Below, in pieces: positions 51,287-63,262 of a DNA stretch of 64,000 nt. Within the stretch, counting starts at the first letter, position 1. Every line of letters starts with the position of its first letter. Made by a program: the position numbers and the translations under genes. The notes under the pieces are model-generated. The model was not told where the DNA came from, did no database searches, and saw nothing but the letters and a program-made list of their open reading frames with translations. This DNA comes from Isurus oxyrinchus. Lineage: Eukaryota. The stretch is from the NCBI GenBank assembly GCA_026770705.1, contig JANJGN010000039.1, positions 10,540,001 to 10,604,000 of the forward strand, in the 5' to 3' direction.

Positions 51287-54105
51287 CTACTGAGCCTTCT
51301 CTGAAGCGCCTTCATGCAAACACATCCTCCCATATCAATGGAATTCAAAACGAGACATAATATTCCAGATTTCCTGTTTTCCATACCCCTGTCTTCCTGA
51401 ATAGTGAAGTTAATGTCGTGCTCACAGTGGAATGAAATGTTTCCAGAAACTAGGCAATATGGGAATTTTAACAATAATACATTTACTACCTCATTAGTCA
51501 CCTCTTTTATGATCCGAGGATGATGTTCCTGCGGACCCTGAGATGTGTCTGCCTGCAGCTCCAAAAGTGTGTTCACGACCTCTTTCCGAGTGATTGCAAT
51601 TTCACTAAGTTTCGGTTTCCCTTTCCTCTCCTGCTTTATAGCTGTTATTGGAACACTTGTGTTACTTGTGTGCTGAACACAGAAATAAAATATGCCTGCA
51701 TTTCATCCGTTATTTCCTTATTAGCTAATATTGACTCCCTTTTTAACTCAGAATGGGAGTATCACTCCCTTCAATTACTCTTTTCGGAAATGTCTGTTGA
51801 AAGTGTTTTTATCCGTTTTACATTTCTAACTCCCCTAATACTCTAATTTCTTATTTCTGATAAACAATTAGTCATTCCTTGATGTTCCTTTTTTTCTGGC
51901 CAATCATCTGACCAGGCAGCAAACTTTGCACGGTCTATTGCGTTTTCCATCAGCTGGATGCTTTCCCTAACTTTTTTAGTTATCCGTGGATGGTGGGTCC
52001 TCCCTTAAGATTCGTCCTGCACAGCAGGGATATACTTATTCTGAGTATTCATAAATGCCTCAATAACTGTCAGCCAGTGCTACCCCTTTGATCTATCCAC
52101 TAGCCTAATATCACCGTTCAATTCAGCTCACTCAGCATTCAAACTTATTTGTCCATATTGAAGCTTAAGTACCAGTCTTAGACAGACTCTTCTCCATTCG
52201 AATCTGGAGGTGAATTTCAATCATATTGTGCTCGCTGCTACCTAGGAGTGCCTTAACTCTGAAGCCATTAACTGAAACTTTGAAAATGCAAACAGAAAAC
52301 AAATCTAATATAACCGGTTGTTTCCAATATGTGCTGCTAAGTATACATATCACTGTCTCTCTCTATATATATATACATATGCGTGCTGAAACCCCTGTTA
52401 TCTTCTGACAACTTTACTCCACCACCATGGATCACCCATTCCTCATGGTTGTATGTGTCAGCGACACCCGACACAGCTTCCACTTAGTTACTGTCATGTC
52501 ATGAAAAACTACCAATAACAAAAAAAAATTAACATCGATATCTTGCAACATATGCAATTCTACAAGAGAAGCATAATTTTCCAAACTTGTGTAATCCATT
52601 AAGGCCTGGATTGAACATTCCAACGACGTGCTTATTGCTCCCAAAGAGTCATTTCCCACTGTTCCACGGCAATAGGCTGTGGGTACCAAATGACATCCCC
52701 CTGCTCCTGTCTGACAGGGTCGAAAATGGAATGAATTGTGTTCCCCCTTTCCCTGTGTAAGAGGATCGACAGAGGCTGAATGCCTTCCTCCTGCTCGTCT
52801 GTAACAAGCACAAGAAGGACTGAATAGACTTCTTCTTTTTCTGTGAAACTGGCTCGAGGCATTCTATACCTATTACATTTCAATTCAAAATACCCGACGT
52901 TCAGAATGACCTTGTCCTGTTCCTGTGTAAAAGGCTGAAAGTTGCTGAATGGCTCTTACAATCAATATAATGACTCGAGAGTAGAGACAAAACAATTATT
53001 CATCTACCTTTGCTGGTTATATAGACCTTTGGAGAAAGGTAAGCTGAGGGGGAGAACAAAAAGGTTGCAGAGAGATATCGAAAGATGAATTTTGCTGTCC
53101 ATATGATGTTAGCTGAAGTGTCATGTGTCGAGGTGTGAAGTCATTGACTTCCCCCCTAGTACAATGAAAGCAGAGCATAATATATAAAATGTGTGAAACG
53201 TGAAGGCTTGCGTGTAAAGAAATCAATTAAGAGGGCAGATGACATTATTTGTAAGTGGATTAGAGTACAGGAGTATATATATATATTGTTTTTAATTAGG
53301 GAAAAATTAAGATTTGAATATAGCGCTTAGCGGCTGGAGTAGATCGCTTCTATCCTGCTCCACTCTTCATTAAGTTCATAACTGACCTGCCAACTCTCTG
53401 TACTTCAACTTCAGACATGGTCCATAACCCATAACATATTGCTCTACCAAAAATCTTTCTATCTCTACGTTGAATAAATTCCATGACATTTCCTTCATGG
53501 TTTACTACCAGAATGCCACATAATGACGAAAAGTATGAAAAAATACGCACCTCATTTACATGCTATATATTTATTATTATTTTACGGGATTTTGGCATCG
53601 CTGCGTATGCAGCCATTTACTGCCCGTCCTAATTACCCTTGAGAAGCTGCTGGGGAGCTACATTCTTGAGCCATGGCTATACATGTGGTGCAGATAAAAC
53701 CACAGTTCAGTTAGGGAGGTAGCTCCATGGTCTCACCCAGCGATAATGAAGGAAAGGTGAGAGTCCCAAGCCAGGACAGCGAGTGACGGGGAGGAAAACT
53801 TGCAAGTGCTGTTGTTCCCATGTGCCTGCTGTTCTTGTCATTCTAGATGGCAGCTGTTCTGGATTTGGGATTTACTGTCTAAGATAGAGCGGTCTGCTAC
53901 TGAGGAAAATATTGTAGCTTGTGCGCACTGCTGTCTCTCTTTGTCGGTAGTGCAGGGTGTGCACGCTTATTGAAGGCTGCCAATCAAGCTTTGTGGTGGA
54001 TGGTTTTGAGGTTCCTGAGCAGCATTCCTCCGGGATCTCCTGAGCTGTGCATTGCAGATGGTGGCCAAGCATTGGGGGAGTCAGGTCGTGAGTTAATCGC
54101 CACAG
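51286..54105. repeat. Segment A, copy 3 (original right flank)
   Basis: Private 8-bp deletion near 53240; runs on into unique LINE sequence (gccacagagttcctgg). Confidence 0.97.
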
Positions 54106-55290
54106 AGTTCCTGGCGTCTGGCCTGCTCTTGTAGCCACAGTATTTGCATCGTTAGGCCAGTACAGTTACTTGTCAACGGTTGTTCCTAGCATGATGATAG
54201 CGGGGGTTTCTGAAATCATTATATAAGTGAATGCCAGGGGACGATGTTTAGATTATTTCTTGAAGATAAACATTGCTTAGCACTTATGTGGCGTGAACGT
54301 TACATGACACTTCTCTCCCCAAGGCTGGACAATGTCCAGACATTCCTCTATTTGGCCATGGGCGGCTCAGTATGTGAGAAGATGCATATGTTCTGTCCAT
54401 TGAGAAAACTTCATCAAGCATCGCCACTTCTGAGCCTATTGTGGAAGAAAGGTGATAGGTGAAGCAGCTGAAGGTGCTGAGGACTAGGCACACTCCTGAG
54501 CTTCACCTGCAGTGACATGCTTGAACTGAGATGAATGACCTGCAACTAACAGTACAATATTGATTTGTGCCAGATATGACTCCATCCAACAGAGAGTGTT
54601 CCCTTTGATTCGCATTGTTTCCACTTATTTGAGGGGGCCTTGATGCCACACCGGATGACATGCTGCCTTGATAGTAAGTGCAGTCACTGTCAGGTCACAT
54701 CTGGAGTTCCCCTCTTATCCCCATGAATGGACCTTAGCTATGATTCTATTGGAAACAGACTGAAACTTTAGGAATACAAACAGAGCCTCAATGAGCAGAG
54801 TACTGTTGATCAGATGCTGATTGATCAAACCTTCCATTACCTTCCCGATGTTGAAATGTGGGCTGATGTGACTGTTAATGAACGGCTTGGGTTTGTGCTG
54901 CGTTTTTGTGTATCACGTCCCTAGGCAATTTTCCACATATTTGGGTAGATGCCAGTGTTGAATCTGTACTGGAGCAGCAAGGGTATAGAAGGGGGCACTA
55001 TCGAGTTCACAAGCCCTCAGTACAATTGTCGGAATATTTTTGGTGCCCCTCGTGTTGCAGTATCCAGAGGATCAGCCGGTTCCTTATACCACGGAGAGTG
55101 AAGACACTTGGCTGACGTCTATCAGCTGTGATGTTGGGAACCTACTGAGAAGGCCAAGATGGGTCATCCACTCGGCACATCTAGAGGAAGATCTTAGCGA
55201 ATGCTTCAGCTTTAAATTTTCCAATGATTTGCTGGGCCCTCGCAGCATTGGAGGTGTGGATATTTGTAGAGCCTGCTTATGCAGTGAGTT
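53580..55290 (-). mobile_element. CR1-group LINE (RT plus 3' tail), antisense, decayed
   Basis: Minus-strand ATRAGQTPGTLWRLTH (cf. ATRAGQRLGILRRVTH); ccttgatgccacac and tgctgccttgat are antisense RT motifs (VWHQG, IKAA). Confidence 0.8.
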
Positions 55291-55299
55291 GTTTAATTG

Positions 55300-56740
55300 T
55301 CAGTCTAACACGATTCCCCTTTCATATACCCTTCCTAACAATGCACAATGTTACCATTCTTTCCTAAACACACAGTTCCCGCATCCGTACTAATAGATTA
55401 TGACATTTTCCATACCATTTATGTCGAACTGACATGTCTGCAGTTCTCCCTCGTCCCGTTTATTGCATTCTTAATAGTGATGTAACGTCTGATACTTTGC
55501 AATCTGCTGGAGACATTCCAGAATCTAAAGAATTCTGAAGGATAACAACCAATACATCAGTACTTTCTTTCTTCTTCTACTTCTCGTCCTACGTCAGAAC
55601 TCTTGGGATGAAGCAATTCTAGTCCAGCGACTTACTTAACATTCAATCCAGTTCACATTTCAAGTACTACGTTTTAAACTGAAACTATTTATTTATTTTC
55701 GCTCCCCTGTCTTACAAGTCGCTTGGTTGATTAGCTTATCTTGGAAATATTCTGTATGTTTCTCCGTGATGACAGGTGAAAAGTTGCTGTTTCATTGCTA
55801 TGCTGTTTCCAGATTCTCCACATTAAATATTCCCGTACCCACATGTAAAGTGCCCAGATTTGCTCTTTAAGTTCCTCGCCGGATAGCATTCCACACTCTT
55901 CCCATTTCTAAATCAGTTACTTGGTCCTTATTTGTTGGGATCTAAATTTCACCTAAAACTCAGATTTACCACTTTTCCCATGTGCCACGATAAATCATTC
56001 CACTTCATGTAATGCAATATTTAATTTCATTTGGTAACAACGCTTGAGTTTTCTTTCCCTGTGTGTGCTTGAGCTTTCGTGAATTCGTGTCTGATGTAGA
56101 CACTGCATTATTTCCTTAAATACTCGCTATTGCCTGTCCACTGACAAACATTTTCCTATCTTTTGCAAACCATTATAGCCAACATGGCTCTCTTACATTC
56201 ATAATTTCCTTTCTTCAGATTTAAGAACCGAGTTTTGGAATTCAGCATATCGCTGTCATACATATTGCGAAACTATATCACATTGTCATCACTATTTCCC
56301 AAAGGCTTCTTGAAAGCATGGAAATCCATTGAGTCTTTTGCTTGGCATAGCACTAAATCCTGACTCGCTCCATCATTAGTTGGCTCCTGAATGTACTGGT
56401 TCTGAAACCAATCTCGTATATATTCAATTAATTCCTCTTCCACGCTATTAGTGCTGATTTGGTTAAGCACAGTCTTTTTGCAAATCGAAGTTTCCTATTT
56501 TCCTGCTTTAAGCATGTTACATTCAGCTCCAAAGTCATGATTTATACTGTGCAACAAATTAGCACCGTTGTATGGTGGCCTATAAACAACTCCCACCAAT
56601 ATCAGATCCCCTTGTCATTCCCAGCTCTTCACATCATCGTTTGTTGAAAGATCCGCTATTACCATTAATATCTTCCGTTATTAAGAGTGCTACCCAGCCT
56701 GCTTTTCATTTTCGCCAAACCCTTCGAAATGCTAAAGCCA
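55300..56740 (-). mobile_element. Old antisense CR1 fragment (endonuclease-RT linker region)
   Basis: ORF 56273-56470 EELIEYIRDWFQNQYIQEPT..DLVLC..PLGNSDDNVI matches the CR1 APE endonuclease C-terminus (PLGxSDH). Confidence 0.8.
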
Positions 56741-56744
56741 CATG

Positions 56745-58430
56745 AAGCTGCATTTCGAAGGATTGAATATTGCGGGTCACGCTGCTTGTGACGAATAAGC
56801 TGTCGTGCCATTCAACCATTGCAAAGCGAAATTCGAAAGCTTCAACTTCATCATTGATCGAGGACTAAGGCTCAATTTTAACAGTTGGGTTGTCACATTC
56901 TTCAGTAACTGTAATCAATGCCTTCCTGATATCAGCTGTTTGGTAACAGATTGCATTTCCATTCTAGACTAGACATTCCACCAACAGTCTGACAACGACT
57001 TGAACGTTATACAGGAAGCATCCGCTCTCAATATATGCCATCTGTTATTTCAAACCGAAATAATTCTGTAAATTTGCAGCACAACTCCAAAACAGTATCA
57101 CTGTTTTAGAACTGCACTTTACCATATCCAGTACCAGATATAAGTTGTGGCAGCCTCGTGGAGTTCAAAACCCTCGATGGTTGTGATGAAGGGGGCACGA
57201 TTGTACGTCTTGTTTTTTATCCTTAATGTTTACCCGACTGTTGTGCCCCTGCCTCTTACAGTCAGTGATCCAAAGGCCAAGCCCATCTGGCGCATCATGG
57301 AGAGAATCAGACAGGCCTTGCCAAGTTTTGTCTTGAATCAGCACAAAATGAGTTAAATCCTCCCTTCGATTCATATCTTCAGAAGTCAGATCAAGCTAAC
57401 GAAGCACAAGGAATATCTGATCTTCCTTACTCAGTCGAGCGGTACAGACAAGAATAAACGCAAGATTTATTGACGCCTTCACCTTTACAATAACTTTTAT
57501 TTTCTTCACCTTCGAAGTCATCGTCCAAAATAGTTCATTTTGAATACAAAGTCCAAGAATATGGTCAGGAGTGTATTAGTTTTTGATGCATGGGACATAT
57601 CCATGAAACGTAGGGTCGTATTTAGCTCAAATGTCATTTAATCCCAGAAAGGAGACATTTTTGTGCGCATATAGTCTTGCATATGTTCAAATAAATTCTG
57701 AGTTATGATCAACTGGAGCTGAACGGCTGCTATAATGCCTGTCAACGTTGATTGTCATTTTCTTCACCTTGTTTATTTATCAATTTGCTTTCTCATCCAG
57801 TGCCTTCATTTCTGGGAACATTCACTTTGTTTCAATCCATTGTGTTGCGTTTTGAATATGCTCCTTAGACAGCTCGATAAAATTGCAATCTGTCATTGAG
57901 ATATTTCCGGGCACTGCAGCATTCCTTTCATAATTTCCGTGCGGTTTCTGAGCCGTACAATTTGCAGCACAATGAAAAAGACACATCAACGCTTTTTTTG
58001 AGTTCACTAGGCAATTTGTTTCAACCCTTTCTCCATTTGGCAGTTCCGCGAGCTTAAATCTACTGAAAAGTTTCAATCTAATCATTGTTTGGAAAGACAC
58101 CGGCACTGCCCAATATTTTCACAGTTCCACTCCTCACTGGAATGTCTATCGTCTTCTTGGTGAATAATTCTGGCCAATTCGCTGAAACATATATTACTTC
58201 TTCAGTGGAAAGCGCGCCGGAAGAATTCTCTATTTCATCAGACTATGCACGGTTTGCACTAATGCGCACTTCCTGAGCCTTGGTGGTACACTCGCTGGAG
58301 TGCATTAATTCAATATTTTGCAGATTTGTCGAAAGACTTCTAAAATGTTTCTAGATTTCTGGAGAACATTTGAGGGTTTTTTCATTCTCTGGTTCTTTTT
58401 CTGTCTTTGCTTCGCACCCAAGCAATATTT
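56745..58430 (-). pseudogene. Fourth SAMD9-like relic (NTPase region), highly diverged
   Basis: Ordered minus-strand peptides LPNGERV..LMCLFHCAANC..PGNISMTDCNF (ORF 57822-58106), LDDDFEGEENK (~57495-57530; LVDDFEEQDN), LAFILVC, FITTIEGF..TYI (~57160), SKTVILFWSCAANLQNYF (~57080; SKEAQLISFLALLSSY). Confidence 0.5.
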
Positions 58431-58639
58431 CCCCAATGCTCTCTCTCTCTCTGATCGTGCTACCCATTAAATCATAAATACGAATAGAGCCGCTCACTTG
58501 TGTCACTTAAACAGACGCCTTCAAACTTACCCAGATAGGAAAAGTCTCCTGCATCCACAGGTCACCCAGCGCAGTGCATATCCCACCCTCAAAGTGCGGT
58601 GCCAAGCCCGGTCGCCACAATTTTCCATACCCGAGGCAC

Positions 58640-59350
58640 GGCTCTGTCTGTCATACTCTAACATCGAAGCACACGCACCTTGGTCCCTCCATTCTATCAC
58701 ATTATTTGGGACAGTGACATTCCGTCTCAACTTCCCCTCACTACGCCTTCTGCCAAATAGTATTATTTTACAATGCAATACATTAAATTGCATCTGCTAT
58801 TTCTCTGCCTGTTCTGCTCTTCACTGCATGTCCTATTGCAACGGATTCATATCATTATCACTGGTAAACTTGCCCCCCCACCCCCCTTCCCACGCCATGT
58901 GTGCATCACGAACACATTTTGAAACGTTGTGCTGTTTTCCAAGATCCAACCGGTTTATATCGAGCAAAAATATAACAAACCCGGATTCGTGAGGAACACC
59001 ACTGGCTTCCATCATCCAGAATGAAGCAAAACGTAAACAAACAGTTGCGGTTTTCTGTGCATTGCCAAATTTGTTGTAATTGGAAAGCAACACCTCCCCC
59101 TCCTAGAACCCGCGCCTCTTTCCTCTTTAATGAGCCTAAATGTTCTTAAGCAGCCTTATCTGTGATAAATTGCCAATTAATATCTCACAAAAGACTTCGC
59201 CATTTATTCTCTCCATTAACCTCCTCTGCTATGATATCAAAACGGAACTAGTTTGTTCGAGCATGTTCTTATTTTAAGGCACTTTGATACAAACCAGTGA
59301 TGATGCATAATTAAACACAATATTCTCTAATTGCCGGGTAGACTCTTGGC
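58640..59350 (-). mobile_element. Very old antisense CR1 fragment
   Basis: cacattaaattgcatctgc-like, atatcgagcaaaa and gaggaacaccactgg antisense RT motifs. Confidence 0.6.
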
Positions 59351-59379
59351 AGTGAGCACAGGTTCATTTAGTCTTTTTA

Positions 59380-60990
59380 GCGCTGCAGCTGAACAGTGAG
59401 AGCAGAGATTTAGAGAGAGCGGCTAGTAGAGCACGAACAGATGATAATTTAATAAAGTGGGTGAGTTGAGGCGCCAGGGAAGAAATGTAAAAAATAGCGG
59501 GATCTGAGCTGCCAGAGGAGAGATTTAAAAAGAGCAAGAATTAGATAGTCAAAGCACAGATTAGAAATGGGCTTCTCCTCCATAACAATGTTAAAATAGT
59601 GTGAGCTAGTTAATCAAAGCACAGATTGAAAAGTAAAAGGCGCTCTTACCCCAGAGCAGATATTTATACAAGTGTGGGAGCTGAATTGCTAGAGCATAGT
59701 ATTGTAAGAAGGACGAAGTATTGGGACAATAGTGCTTTGACTATAGTAGAACAGAGCTGTCAGCGTGGAGAAATGGTTAGCCTAGTAGTTGTGCAGCTAA
59801 AGAGGACAACGATAATCTATTGTTATTCAATTAGGGTGTTTTGGCGTCAATCGTTCGTGCAGCATTTATTGCCCAGATGTAGGTACGCTTGAGAAGGTGG
59901 TGGTGAGCTTCCTTCTTGAAACGCAGCAGTCCCTCTGCTAACCCTACACCCATAGTGCTGTTAGGGCGGGAGTTCCTGGAATTCGAAGCAACGGCAAAGG
60001 AACAGGAATATATTTTCAAATCAGGCTGGTGAGTATCTTTGAGGATAACTTCCAGTTCGTTGTCTTCCCATGCACCTGCTGCCCATTATCCTTCTAGATG
60101 ATTCCGGTCGTGGGTTTGGACTCTACTGTCTAAGGTGACTTCGAGAATTCCTTCATTGCACCTTGCAAATAGTACAAACTGCTGCTGTTGTTCGTCGGTG
60201 GTCGAAGGAGTCAACGTTTAATGATGTGGTGTCAATCAACGGCTAATTTGTCCCAGATGCTATCAGGCTTCTTGACTGCTATTGGACCTGCCCGCATCCA
60301 AGCAAGTGCAGAGTATACCATCACAATCCTATCTTTTGCCTTGTAGATGTTGGAAAGGAATTGGGGCGTCAGGAGGTGTGTTACTCGCCGCAGGATTCCT
60401 TGCATCTGAACTGCATTTGTAAACGTTGTGTTTATATGGCCAATCCAGTTCTGTTTCTGGTCAATGATCACCGTAGCAATGCTGATAGTGCGACTTTCAG
60501 AGATGGTAATGCCATTGAATGTTAACGGGCGATGGTTTGATTTTCTCTTTTGGAGATAATCATTCCGGATACTTGCATGGTGTGAATGTCCTTTGCCACT
60601 TGTCAGCCAAAACCTGAACATGCTGCATTTGGCGATGGACAACCTCATTATGTCAGGAGTCACGAATTATGTTGACCATTGCGCAATCATCAGCGATCAT
60701 CCCCATTTCCGACCATAAGATGGAGTGAAGGGCAGTGATAATGGCGCTAAACATCGTTGAGACTCGGACACTTCCCTGAGGAACTCAGGTTCCCTCAGGA
60801 GCTAAAAGGACTGGGAGCTGAGCAGCCGGGTGAATATTTATAAAGTGCACGTGCCGAAAGGCCAGAGCAAACATTTAGAAAAGAGTGGTAGCTGAGCAAG
60901 CGGCGTGGGCATTTAGTAATTCAGGCCCTAAGCATCCAGGGCAAAGATATCAGAAACACTGCAGCTGCTCGAAAAGACGGAGCACGTATG
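59380..60990 (+). repeat. Old ~37-38-bp minisatellite (GCCAGAGCAGAGATTTAAAAAGAGCGGGAGCTGAGC-like) at 59380-59780 and 60800-60990, split by a LINE
   Basis: gccagggaagaaatgtaaaaaatagcgggatctgagct / gccagaggagagatttaaaaagagc / gccagagcaaacatttagaaaagagtggtagctgagc. Confidence 0.55.
59825..60790 (-). mobile_element. 5'-truncated CR1-group LINE (same family as 53580-55290)
   Basis: ORF 60232-60663 PLTFNGITISES..IDQKQNWIGHIN..GILRRVTHLLTPQFLSNIYKA; antisense tail cagcatttattgccca..cttgagaaggtggtggtgagc. Confidence 0.9.
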
Positions 60991-62357
60991 CATTGCTGTA
61001 CGAGCAATTAAAGATTGGCAATAGTTGTTTTTTCTTGCCAGTTATGCCCCTCATGCCATGACCGTATCCGTCTTGTCTTTAATGTTAATTTATTCAAGTG
61101 AAGCAGTTGTAGTTTGCTATTTAATGCCACTTTAATTGGAGGTTGTTCCAGCCATTCATTTTACCGGGTGAGTAGGGTGGTTAATTAGGAATCGTCAAGA
61201 CGATTTTAAATTAATATCTGAGAAAAGCGAATGACCCACATAACAGGGAGAAGCCGGAGGAGTGCCTGCCGTCTGCAAGTTCCTTCAAAGAGACAATAAG
61301 GAAAGGAGGGGCCAAATGGTCTGCTTCTGTGCTGTAGCCCATGACTGCATGCTAAAAAAGCATTGAAGTTAAGTAAATGATGCGAATATGCGACGAGAAG
61401 AATTACATTACGTTTTTTCCACATTCAGTTTGCGTAGGTATAGATAGCAGGAATTTGATGGTAGGGCAATGTGTGATCAGACTTTATTTAGATGGGAAAA
61501 CGTGCAAATACCTGAGTGAAGTGTCACTCGTTATATTGATGTGTGGATATCAAGTTAAACATTAAAACATTCGAGAATTATGATAACAGCCATTTGGTGG
61601 CTGTGTGTGTGAAAGGACCGGATAACATGAAACAGAGAGGGTTGTGAATGCACTTGTCGGGATGAAGCGGCCCCCGTAATCGTGGAAAAAACAAGTGTGA
61701 GCAATTTGCGCTTTCAACTGAATTGGAGGGAAATCGGATTTAAAAGTTTTGAATCCTAGATATGGAGCCGTCTCTCAGCCCTATGGATCAGGAGAATGAC
61801 TGATCAATTGCGCCAATGCCCGTCGTTCCATAAAACACGTGATAACCAGGCCTTCCTTGTTTTAATCATGTTTGGTAAATGGAAATCTGAGAAGCAGCTC
61901 ATTGTGCAACTGTTTGATATTTGGAGGGTGCCAGACTTCATGAAGCATGTTCTGAAAATTCCCTCTATGTACTATTTGGCCAAGAACATAGGTTGTACGT
62001 AATTAGTGGCGTTTCTCTATGTTACATTTGTCGAGTTATCCTGATCCAGATGGTGATGTTTTGTGTGTTGATCAGAACAACTGTTCCAATGAACACAAGG
62101 CTGTCAGAACATGGCATCACAATTCATTCTGTCAAACTCTGCAACGCTAACAGAGGCTGATCAGTTTTTTTTATTATTAACACAATTGCAATTCACCATT
62201 GATTACAGTATACTGTGAAATGGAGTTCAATTTGACATTATATTATAAACGAAAATTCTTAACAGCATATTAATTTCTTAGGATATTAAACGTTGTTACA
62301 AGCGCTATTCTAACATGAGTTGTTTCAGGGTACAATGTTTATGTCCTCCTGTAAAGG

Positions 62358-63262
62358 TCAATGGGTTTTCAGCTGTGATTTGCATAATTTTACGCACAGT
62401 TTCACAAGGTACTTCATTCCGCTCCTCAGCTCCTCCCTAAACCTAGCCTGTGTCAGCACATAAATGAATGTATTTGTGCAGCAACTTAGGTCCCCTAGCA
62501 TGAATCCAACTGACTCAAGGTGATTTGCGCCAGAATTCGATGTAATTGTTACATGCAGAGAGATAAGATATATAACCGGAGTTGTCCAGAGCAATATAAA
62601 GCAGCCGGTTATACTGAAGAGTAAAATAATGGACTTTCTTCGGCTTTCTATTTCAGAGTCCGTGTGATCTTCTCCATTGCTGCAACTGCGGAGACCCCTG
62701 CGAACCTTACTGGCCACCAAAATATGTCTAGCCGTCAAAACATTTAGCAACAAGATTAGAATGAATGGAACACATGGTTTCAAGGTAAGGGTAAAAAAGG
62801 CAAATGCGGCCCATTCATCAGAAATGAAAAATGTCTGTTTTAGGACACAACCACGATTTACATTGTCCATTATTTCTGCAGGTTCAAGCGCAAAGTACCA
62901 GGGAATATTTATAAAAAAACTCAACACGCTCACCACTGATATGACAGCTACTGCTGTTGTCTCCGTGGAATATTTTTTTCGTAGCTTCCTACAACATATA
63001 GCCACAAAACGATCGAAGGTGAACATCACTGTTAACCAGAGAGACGCTGATGTGACTACATTAATCAGTGTCACATTTAGCTGGCACAGCGTGCTCATGG
63101 TCAAGAATGAAACAGCGAAATAAATATCCAGTGTATTCTTCAGTATGACTTCAGCACAAACAACCAGGAGATCTGCCACGGCCATGGCGATCATATAGTG
63201 GGTAATACATTTGGAGAGGCCACACTTTCTTCGGGAAAGAATCACAATCGCAACAACATTAA
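62358..63262 (-). CDS. Terminal coding exon of a class A (rhodopsin-like) GPCR, GPR139/GPR142-like family; first exon lies outside the window or was not recognised
   Basis: Open frame of ~300 codons: VNVVAIVILSRRKCGLS (TM1 end), MAVADLLV (TM2), FTFDRFVAIC (DRY-like), NIPWYF, PCVPFILILLLN, RRKSIILLF, SCCTNTFIY (NPxxY-like), FREEL (helix 8). Polypyrimidine tract plus AG acceptor (ctctctgtccctctcttccag) immediately 5' of 63262, phase 1; the ORF-track start at 63302 is intronic read-through. Confidence 0.93.

Noticed and set aside
62677-63123. 148-aa plus-strand ORF
   Set aside because: Antisense shadow of the GPCR exon.
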